Part shown: one piece after another, positions 54,283 through 64,000 of the stretch | Position numbering within the stretch: position 1 is the stretch's first letter | Layout: every line of letters begins with the position of its first letter | Origin: Botryllus schlosseri | Taxonomy: Eukaryota | Assembly (NCBI GenBank): GCA_051294905.1 | Contig: CM119372.1 | Coordinates: forward strand, 25,794,001 to 25,858,000 | Direction of reading: 5' to 3' | DNA length: 64,000 bases | Notes under the pieces: model-generated | The model's input: only the letters and a program-made list of their open reading frames with translations | Databases searched by the model: none | Told to the model about the DNA's origin: nothing | Made by a program: the position numbers and the translations under genes

Positions 54283-56551
54283 AATACTTGATATAACATA
54301 GTGCGGAATATTAATAGCTACTGATTTTCCAAGGTAGTGGTATGATACCCAGTGGAAACTATTGGTGACTGAATTTGTAACCGTAACAATTTTAGTACTT
54401 GTTTGCTGGTGACCCAAAACAAAATGTTTAATTTAACCTAACCATCAACCATTGGATTAGATTTACAAGTATTATGCCTCAGGTGCTCGGTTTTGAAAGC
54501 TATCCGTAAGACGTGTACCCATAGCTGTGTTGGATGTAAACAATGAGTCGCAGAAACAATTGGAATATTGTTTTGTCACGCGATACGCACATGACGAAAT
54601 AGTGTATGTCACAATTGTATTGTAGTTTAAACCCATGACATGATTTTAACAGGAACTCGAACGAATTCTGAAGACCGACGAAACGAAGGTTTTCGACATC
54701 AACGTTGTCATCCTATCTCCAGTAATTTAACTATATTTTGTATCTTACCTTTATAGCTGCGTCGCTTTTTATTGCAATTCAGGTACTTTCAGATCATGGT
54801 AGACTTCTCGCCTTATCCGATATATTGCTTTTGGCCATGTTTTGCCGACCATCCCCTCTTGCAGTTTGGAATCATAGAAATGACAGATTTACGCAAGTAA
54901 TATGATATTAATGTTGTACGAAAATGCATCGTTGTGCTATTGATAGGATATAGCTTATACCTTGTTGGAAGTGTGGTACAGCGATAATTATCTTGACTGT
55001 TACGTAGTTTGGTTTTACTACGACGAACGGTTCACAAATTTGCAATCGAAGTGTGCATGCAACATGCCAGGTTCTTTGTATTTGAATGCGTATTCAAATG
55101 TGTTTTTTACTTGAAGCCTTTATCCAATAACCCCGAATTTTGCTGTCGTTGTTGTTACTTTCTTGGTATATTGCACAACGTGATTTTATCTTCGTAGGAA
55201 AACACTTGCTACAGCCAATTGACGCGATGTTTGTTCAACTTTGCCGATAGGGCTATGTATTGTACAGTAACGATTATACCTAGTTTCTGATGAAAAGGGA
55301 GTTTTCAGATTATTGCATTATTCATTGCCAATGTACTACATAACTTCACGAACATGACGAATACCAAATACGCGTCTAATTGTGTCTATTCATCAATGGT
55401 TTGTAAGAGCGAGATTGAGGCCAGAGTATTTGAAATTATGTCACTCGTACCTGCTACTGTTCTGGTCCTAGACAAGGGGTTCTCGAAAGGTGGGTCATGG
55501 CGCATTGCCCATAGGAGTAATGTGAGGTGGGCCACAGAGCTATTCGGAAAATTGTAGAATTGGTGAAACTTTCGATATATTTGTTATGTTCATATTATCG
55601 AATTATACGTAGGTTACATATAGCTTTTCATCCAACTCTGATGAGACTTGGTGGCATGTGTGGAGTCACAATGTAGGCATACAAGTCTAAAAGGGGAGGG
55701 CAATGGTCTGTGACAACCAACAGCAACGAAAATAATTTCGAATATGGAATAACAGGAAGTTAATGCTGAAGTAACCAAGTCATACGTCGTATACCTTTGT
55801 GAAGGGTGTGCACTGTGCACTCAACGCGGACTGAAGTGCATTTGATGAAGATTTAGACTATTTCGGCAGGTCATAGTATAGTAACATAAAAATAGCCGCA
55901 ATTGCAATTTATTATCAATTATCAACTTCCTGTGGAAGTATACGGCACCACCGCAAAAAATCGTAATGGATTGAGGATTTAGCGAGGGACATTAATCTTA
56001 AGAGTCGGTCTGAAAATGTGTGGCCTTGAAATCATTGTACATAACGTAACATGGATTGATTGTATCATTGGATTTAATGTTTGGATGTCGCATAGGTACA
56101 AGACATACCATTGTACAGATAGCATACTATAAAATTCTTTTTCCACATCTCTGGGGGAGCTAGAAGAGGCCCAAAATTAATTCGTTGTTTTTTTGGAGGA
56201 GATTTGTTTAACTTGAAAATTACCGTCGCGCTTCGCGTGATTTCATGTTCCTATACAAGCCTAGATTTAAATATGATTAGCAAGAGACAAATGCGCATGT
56301 TTTAGAGAAATAGACATATCGGCGGCGAGGATTACCGCACATTAAACAGGACTATGCGTCCAGGAAAGGGGTTCTCAAACAGTGGGGCATGGCCAACTGG
56401 TGTGCCACAAGGGCACGTACTTGGAGGTGGGCCACAGAGCTATTTGGAAAGTTTAGGTATATTATTCGCTCAGAACATATATTCATATTTTCGAATTATC
56501 CTCGGTAAGCTAGATCTAGCTTTACAGTCGACTCAGATGAGACTTATAGAT

Positions 56552-57688
56552 TAGGGTTACCATATTTTTGTGGCACAAATTCCAGACATTCTTCAGCGCC
56601 CACTAGCGGATTTCAAAATGAGGTATCAACACATTGTCGATCAATATGACTTCACACTCGCAAACTTTGTCTATAGACTAGAGGTGGTCACGATCCAGTT
56701 CAGGAATATGTGGCTGTGTGTTATAAGTTGTAACCAGGGCCGAAGCCGCATTTTTTCAGCCCTCTTCTGCCCAAATATACACTGATCTCAGGCTCACCGT
56801 AGGGTAATCGATGCCACTTATGGGGAGCTTGCTATATGAATCTCGTTTCTATATGCATCTGGTCGTTAAAGGATTTGATTGAATTATGTCAATAATATTG
56901 GTTCTTCCATATATATTACTATATAATTTTGATCCTCTCTTCGCCCACGTGATCAGAGTTAACGGTGGAGCTTGTGGAGGATGATGACTTCAAAAATGCA
57001 GGGAGCATAATTGCACATCATTAAGTCATGTTCATGTCACACAGATAAGATTATTTATCAGCCTAATGCCGGTGTGCACTACACCACTGAGATATACAAA
57101 CAACGCGCATCGGGTGGTTTCGTTTCCAACCTTCCATGGTCGCGACTCCATTCCAATTTGAAAATGTTCCGTGACCCAGCTCAAAATTTGATGAGCTGAT
57201 TAGTATTTAAAGGTCGGCGCATTTGCCAGACTGATCACAATCAACATCTTGGCGAACCCCAGAATAAAGGCAAACTACCCCCAGGTTTAGAACCACTATC
57301 TTTGAATGAAGCATCCAAACGGCCTGAACAGACTCTATGAATATACCGTCATCTTGTAATTGCGATTACAATTAGACTTATTTTTGTAAATGAATGTTAT
57401 TTTAATTTATTTTTGATCGCAGTTTTTGCGAGGCTGGTAGTCTCCATATTGAAACCAATATACATATGACACTAAATCGCGCATAGCGCGAAGAAAAAAA
57501 TCATGTAGCATAAATCTGCCCCAAAATAGCCTACTATTGTTTATGTTGATTTACGAAAAAATTATGAGCTTATCTCAAGCCTTCAAAATTCCGGACATTT
57601 AGGCATATTTTAGAAATTCCTCCCGGACGCAGTTTTAACAGTGAAATTCCGGACCTGTCCGGGAAATTCCGGACGTATGGCAATCCTA
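56552..57688. mobile_element. hAT/Tip100-like element
   Basis: TAGGGTTACCATA / TATGGCAATCCTA termini with CCGGAC motifs; TSD TTATAGAT/GTATAGAT. Confidence 0.75.
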
Positions 57689-59174
57689 GTATAGATACAT
57701 GGAGTCACAATGTACAAGTTGAAGTTGGAGCGGGAAACGGCGTCTTTTGTCCCACGGCTAGACCTGTGACGATAACCTACGGCCAACAGCAACTAATTAC
57801 GACTGTACAGTGTACACTAACTGGAAGTCGATCGAAGTAACCAAGTAGTACTGCGGGGTCATACCTCGTATGCTTTTCAAAAGGGTGTGCATTGAACTTG
57901 GACTAAAGTGCATTTAATATAGATTTACGGTACTTCTTATGATTATATTATTGTAACATAAAAACATAGCCATATGTCAATAGCAATTTATTATCAACTT
58001 CCTGTGGAAGTATACGGCATCACGGCAACGAATCCTATATTGGATTGAGGATTTAGAACAGCGCATAAATCTTCGGAGTGTCGGTCTATAAATGTCCGTT
58101 CTTGAAATACATACTACATAATGTAAGAGTCGCACGAATTGTTTGCATCATTGGATTGAATGTTCTGACGTCGCAACTTCAGTAGGGACAATGACATAAG
58201 CACATCTTGCATAATAAAAATTCTTACTCAAGTCAATTTATTGCTAAAAATTCCATCATTTCAATACACCACAAGACTGCGATACAATGAAAGATAGCAA
58301 GGTGTCGCAACGACTTCGAGTAAGTAGTCTTCGAAATCAGACACCCTCTGGCCTAGACCATATAAAAAAGGAAGCATGCACCATGCACATTGCACACGTG
58401 TTGGTAGTCGTGATCGTTTGGCTGTATGCTGTGTTGCGGTTTTTCGTGACTTTCTCAGCCATATGTATCCTCTGAATGGCCTACGTCTGGTGTGTTAAGC
58501 TGTCAACATTGGTCAAACCGATGAGATAGGCCAGTGGTTCTCATCCTTTTTGGCTTCGCAGACCCCTTTTGACCGTCACGGACGCTTGCGGACGCCCTCA
58601 AGTTTTAGTTCAATTTCAGCTCTATCATGGTGCAACCTTCATCTGCCTTGTGCAAATATGAACTGTAGGCTTGTGATAAACAGCAGAATAGTGATTTTTC
58701 CTGAAGATAACATCATAATGTAGAAATTGGTGGACTTTTATTATTTCAGAGCTAATTTTGCTGCTGTATTTCTTGAAGTACGTGGTCGTGTCTTGAAAAT
58801 CCGCGTCTTCGTTTTGATATGAACGAGGAGTGCCGGAAACGATTTCCGCAAAGATAAATGGAGGCTAATGCAATATTAACGTATAACGCTTCCGACGATA
58901 CTTTTGGTGTGATCGCAACATTTATGGCACCAAAATGAAGAAACACATATTTTATGAACATATTACGTCCAGCATCTAGCGCAGGGACGGGCAATATACG
59001 GACCGCGGGCCGGATTCGGACCGCGATGGCATTTTGATCGGCCCGCAGAGAGTTTCTGCCGTCAAAGTGAAATCCTAATCTAAAAGTATAGACGAATTTT
59101 ATGCTCCAAAGAATGGATACAAATTTTCCAACCAGAGACTGTCATGAAACGACTTGTTCTGTTCGGGTTTACAT

Positions 59175-60745
59175 CAGAGTTGGATCAATTACATTATTTC
59201 AGTTCAATTATAATTACAATTACAATTACTTTCATGCATGTTTCAATTACATTACAATTACAATTACTCCATGCTAAAAATATCAAATTACAATTACAAT
59301 TACAATTACTCCTTGCATGCTTCAATTACATTACAATTACAATTACAATTGCTGCTGTTGAACATGTAATTGAATAATCATAAATTCAAGCGTGCTCCTT
59401 GACAACCGTAGCGTCGTATTTAACAACAATTCAAGTCTAGTTCAGATTGTGTAGTAATAAATGCGTTTATGTGCGTACCTAGTATGCTATGTAAGATGTC
59501 ATTGTGACGTAAGACGTAATATAAGCGTGTTTTGTATGCTCGATAATTATGACTCACGTAATTGGAAATGTAAAATGTTATTTACCTAATTTCCTATGGG
59601 TTAGGATTAAGGATAGGGTGCAGTATGTCGTTGAAAAAGTATTATAATATATGCACGTGTTGGATTTGCGTATATAGTATATAATTAAAGAAATAATATT
59701 ATTTTTATCGAGGGACGTAGGAATTAGGATGAAGAGTAAAAACAAAACCGTGCTTTGTCAGATAAGACGTTATATAATATCCAGTGGTCTGGTTAGTTAG
59801 CCAGACGAAGTAACGATGCAGCATCGTGATCTGAAATCGTATTGTAGATTGCCAACCCACGGACAGATGCGCAAGATGTGAGTCACGGATGAATGCACCG
59901 ACAAACGTACTGCAGAGCCGGCTAAAAGCAGCAAACTTTGTAGTCCTAGAGCTGGCGATCCATGCGTCCAAATTTGATGCATCTGGTCTTTATCGTAAGC
60001 TATTGATGTACTAATTCCGAAAATACAAAATAACATCTCGTCAGGGCAATGTATATGCTCCAAAATAGCCGTTTAAGGCCGACTGTTCTGAAAAGTGAGA
60101 GCGCTGCAGCAGCATTACCACAACAGTTACCAATTACGCCCAGCGATTGTTCAGAACAATGCCGATTCCCAGACTTTCACGACTCTTTTGGGATGGTACC
60201 ATTGCCTGGAAATATACTTTTATTGCGGAATCAGTGCGACACTAGCTTTCGATTAGGACCATACATATCAAATTTCGACGCTTGGATCGCCAGCTATGGG
60301 ACTATCAATTCTGCTGCTTTTAGCCGGCTCAGCAGTTCGCTTCTCGGCGTATTCAATCGTGAGTCACGTGTTGCGAATCCATCCGTTGGTTAGTAATCTA
60401 AAAATTGTATACAATGGCAGCCGAGGCCAGCATAGCGGTAAAATTTAAAAAAAAACCTCGCCCGCAAGGGCGCAGTCAAGGGCTTCCGCGAATGGATCCA
60501 CCAAATTCCTTTCGACATTTAAAGAGAATGCATTATAAGTCAAATATTTTATGTTGTGCTTGTCAGGTCTCAATAGCAATTTAATGTAATTGAAATTGTA
60601 ATTGATCAAAATTTTTGTCAAATTACAATTACAATTACAATTACACAAAATAAAAATGCTTCAATTACAATTAAATTACAATTACATTGAAAAATGTAAT
60701 AATTACATTCAATTACAATTACAAATTACAATTGATCCAACTCTG
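59175..60745. mobile_element. hAT-like element with CAATTA repeats, containing an older palindromic insert (~59840-60400)
   Basis: TIR CAGAGTTGGATCAATT / AATTGATCCAACTCTG; perfect TSD GTTTACAT. Confidence 0.9.
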
Positions 60746-60921
60746 GTTTACATATATATTTACGAGCAAATATTTTCTACCATGAACAATGAGAGGGTAA
60801 ACTGCGGTTACCACTTGGTGGAATCGAGAGCTACTGGTCCTTTCAGTCGCGTTGCAGTTGCGTGTGACTCAATACATCAGCAGTACCCGAGCGACGTTCA
60901 CAGTTATTGTAACACTTTGTA

Positions 60922-61437
60922 ATGGGTAAAATTGCTGGAAAGACTTTACAAGAACTCCGTAAAGAATTGAAAAAACGTGGAGCGAAGACATCTGGCCGGA
61001 AAAGTCAACTATTGGAAAGGTAAGTAGGGCGTGTTGCTGCGGTATGCGCACCACTAAGCTGGGTTTTATATAAACAATTGCAAGGCCGTCGGCCATCTGT
61101 CCATCTGTGTGTCTGTATCGTAGCAAATTTATGAGCTACTCCATTGTTGTTACATAGACTCGAAGCTTATGACCGAAACAAAGATTTCCGGGGACCTCAA
61201 ATTGTCTTGCCAGCACCAGACCCTGTGGAGTGGCCAAAAGAAGGATTTAGCCAAATATGTGAGGATCACCAGCACTCAGTACCTCCAGTGAATAAGGATT
61301 TGATCGCCGGATACTTCCGGTACAGACTAGTTTCAGACAAATCATGCTGTGCAGATCTCAAAGGCATTGAGAAAGGGGCAAATCTTTTAGAAAGTGAAAG
61401 AGTAGTGGTGGCCAGCTTCGTTGAGAACAACCTGTAA
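60922..61437 (+). pseudogene. SAP-domain accessory ORF of the ISL2EU element, apparently truncated
   Basis: Exons 60922-61019 and 61158-61437: MGKIAGKTLQELRKELKKRGAKTSGRKSQLLER|LEAYDRNKDF... (SAP pattern). It stops before the zinc-finger/YqaJ region expected in this family. Confidence 0.75.
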
Positions 61438-61805
61438 TTATACAGCAAATTCTCAGGCCTCAACTCTAGAAACAGTATGACTATAGTAATTGCGGCAACT
61501 TGATCAGGAGTGGGCTGGCATATACAACTGTAAGGGCTTCTGCGTAATCGGCACAACCCGGAGAGCATAATCATATATAATATAGCCTGGAATTTCTTGC
61601 GCGCATTCGTACTCCCAAGGAATCAAAAATTCATTTTTTTTTTGCAAGGAGGGTATCAGAATACAGAAGTACACAGTCATACCACAATGGCTCACCTCGG
61701 TTAGTCCTGAAAAATTAAAGCACAATATGTAACCAGAAGCTACATACCATCAAGTGGTAGAAGAAACTTCCCGTCATAACAAAACACAGCCTAATATTTA
61801 TAAAT

Positions 61806-63384
61806 CTATGCGTATTTGTCAACTATACGCCTACGGAAGTTGCTTATCATGAAGCACACAAAAATCAGTTTGTGTCCGATGGCAACTTTGTTCCATTGAA
61901 GTTCATTCTTTAAAATTTTGAAGGTCTTACTTAGACCTATGATGCGCTCGATGTGTATCCTTTTCGAGGCAACTCGGCGGTCGTGAATTAATACTTCCTC
62001 ATCAAATTGGTTTTTGTCCCCAAGCAAATGTGGAGTATTTACAAAGACGTCCCGATTTGCAAATAAATCCTGCACCAATAAACCACGATCAGCCATGATG
62101 CTGTCCCGTCGCTGGAGCTTGCTTTTATCTGTCATTAGCACAGATCTCTCCATAATTTGTCTATCGGTCGTCCTACCACCATAAGTATCGGACACATAAG
62201 AGACAAGGCCAGAGGGAGAACAGCCAATGATGGTTTTCAAGGTGTTGCGGTTCTTATAAGAAGAAAATGTGGCTGATTGTGCGTTCACATTAGAGGGCTT
62301 TTCAATGGGAACTTCGGTCGCATCTAATATTACTCTGGTAGAAGGAAAATTCTTGCTAAAATCTTGTGGCATGTGTTCTTGCGTCAGCTCATACGATGGC
62401 CAGGTGTTCAACTCTTTCAACTGATGGTACATGAAATTGACCCACATGTTGAACAACTGACCTACTCGAACTTTGCTGATGTTGAATATGAGTGAAAGTT
62501 CAAAGTCGTCTTTTGCCTGGCGAAGTTTCATGAGAGTGAGATAGAGTTGCTCTTGGGGAGACAGACGGCTGCATTGACTTTTTAAGTAATGGGCAGCTGG
62601 ACCAAGAACATTAAAAAAAAAATCAAAGTGATGGTAATCATCAAATCCAGTGAAATATTTCACAGCTTCGGGTTTGTCTTTCAAGCTGTCCAATCTCAAT
62701 CCATGTGATGGCATCAAACAACATTGAGTCGTTTCGTCAACATGTCCATCATCGTTTACAGACATATTCAATTGATTACTGCACCCCTCATTATCATTAT
62801 CGATTACGACCTCTTCGCTAAACCCTATTTCTGGGTTTAAATTCGAGTGGATGTTGTCAGGACAAATATCTTCAAATGGATCATGATGCCTGCGCTTTGC
62901 TCTTCCTTTCCTTCCTTTGCAGACCGACTTTGCAGACCGTCCAAATGGGAAAATAGAAGGCACTGCACCGTCGCGCAATAATTTCCTCTCAACTGTAAAC
63001 AGAGAAACGAAAATGAATGAATGGATTTCTGGTATTGAGACAGATAAAATTAGGGAATTGTTCAACCAAATATTCAGCTGTTCAATAACTCCTGGCTTAT
63101 ATACCGGTACTACATAACGGAAAGCAACATGTACCAGCTGGGCTGGAGCATTCGATGCCCACCGGCAATCAGAAAATTTCATCCTTACCATTTCCATCGT
63201 CACGATAGTCGGCCTCCACAAAATGTGCGCTACAAACACGAGCGCTTGGGCCCGGCTGCCACAGTTTTTTGGTGCGACTGTCAAGCCTTCGTATCGCCAC
63301 TATCCACTTCTTTCTGGCGTCTACGTGAGTCGGAAATCGGTGACCGCCGGCATTTGAGCAACGGGGAACAGAACAACACGGCAT
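61806..63384 (-). CDS. THAP + HTH + DDE_Tnp_4 (Harbinger/ISL2EU-type) transposase, 2 exons, 460 aa
   Basis: Exons 63189-63384 and 61806-62992 splice in phase. THAP C2CH: MPCCSVPRC...HRFP...KKW...VCSAHF...LRDGAVPSIF. HTH: LSPQEQLYLTLMKLRQ. Catalytic motifs ILDATE, MADRG and RIHIERIIG. No stops. Confidence 0.92.
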
Positions 63385-63385
63385 C

Positions 63386-63460
63386 ACTACTACCTCTATT
63401 ACTAATCTACTACTATAACTACTCCACTACTACTACTACCACTCCAATACTACCTCTAAT
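63386..63460. repeat. Degenerate (TAC)n microsatellite immediately upstream of the transposase ATG
   Basis: Direct reading. Confidence 0.75.
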
Positions 63461-64000
63461 ACACTTCCTGAGTCGTCGTCGTAGTTACGTAAACAAAGGA
63501 CCAGTCGCACGCGCGCCCTCTAGTGACCGCAATTTTGGTTTACCCTCTCATTGAACATTAACAAGACAAGGCTGCATACCGATATAGCTGGTGATATGAA
63601 TTTCAAGGTTGGAGCGTAATGCTTTGATAGCAACGAAACAATCCTTGTTCATAAAAAAGTCAGCCTTGTCGATATGGCAATAAGAATGCGCCAAATGTGA
63701 TAGCCGAGCTTTAAGAGCAGGTATATCATTGTCCGATTTATGACGAGTGTCAGCCGAAAATATTGGGGTTCATTTCAATATGAATAAACTATTCAATTGT
63801 ATATTAAAGTTATGTACCTCCAAGAAGCTGTTCCCTGCATTGGGACAAATTATGGAAATACTTCGGAAATTTATATTTCAAACGACTGTTCACTAACTTG
63901 ATGAGACTGACAACTTCAAATCGAGAAGGTTTCGTAGACATTACGAAGTCACCCTGATTGACGTTACCATCTCCATATTTTTATTTTTTCCACAAACCCC

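Larger units (their letters stand above)
60791..63549. mobile_element. ISL2EU / PIF-Harbinger-group transposon (2759 bp)
   Basis: 12-bp TIR GAGAGGGTAAAC / GTTTACCCTCTC; AT duplication; subterminal inverted ACTGGTCCTTT (60833-60843) / AAAGGACCAGT (63495-63505); two convergent genes. Confidence 0.88.

Noticed and set aside
61806..63284. 492-aa single-exon ORF from the track
   Set aside because: Its N-terminus reads through an intron (62993-63188); the real protein starts with the THAP exon at 63384.

Overview
AT-rich, intron-containing animal genomic DNA (GT-AG introns, several only 58-75 nt; probably a marine invertebrate such as a tunicate, which is inference). There are two host genes. The first is a minus-strand DNAI7/CASC1 gene with 15 exons in the window (ATG at 17008), running off the left edge. 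The second is a complete 5-exon tetraspanin on + (48362-53031, 238 aa). The rest is a dense landscape of DNA transposons. The most notable structure is a 12.7-kb P-like element (perfect 31-bp TIRs, 8-bp TSD) about 217 bp upstream of the DNAI7 ATG. Nested in it is a 9.2-kb foldback element (8-bp TSD, 1.4-2 kb arms of 176-bp tandem units) carrying a spliced Ulp1/SUMO-protease-like gene fragment. Near the right end is an ISL2EU/Harbinger-type element with an intact spliced THAP-DDE transposase and a truncated convergent SAP-domain ORF. Also present: many 8-bp-TSD MITEs, each with its own short subterminal repeat, tRNA-derived SINEs, hairpins and two probable P-element excision footprints. All calls are by eye; no database searches were run.
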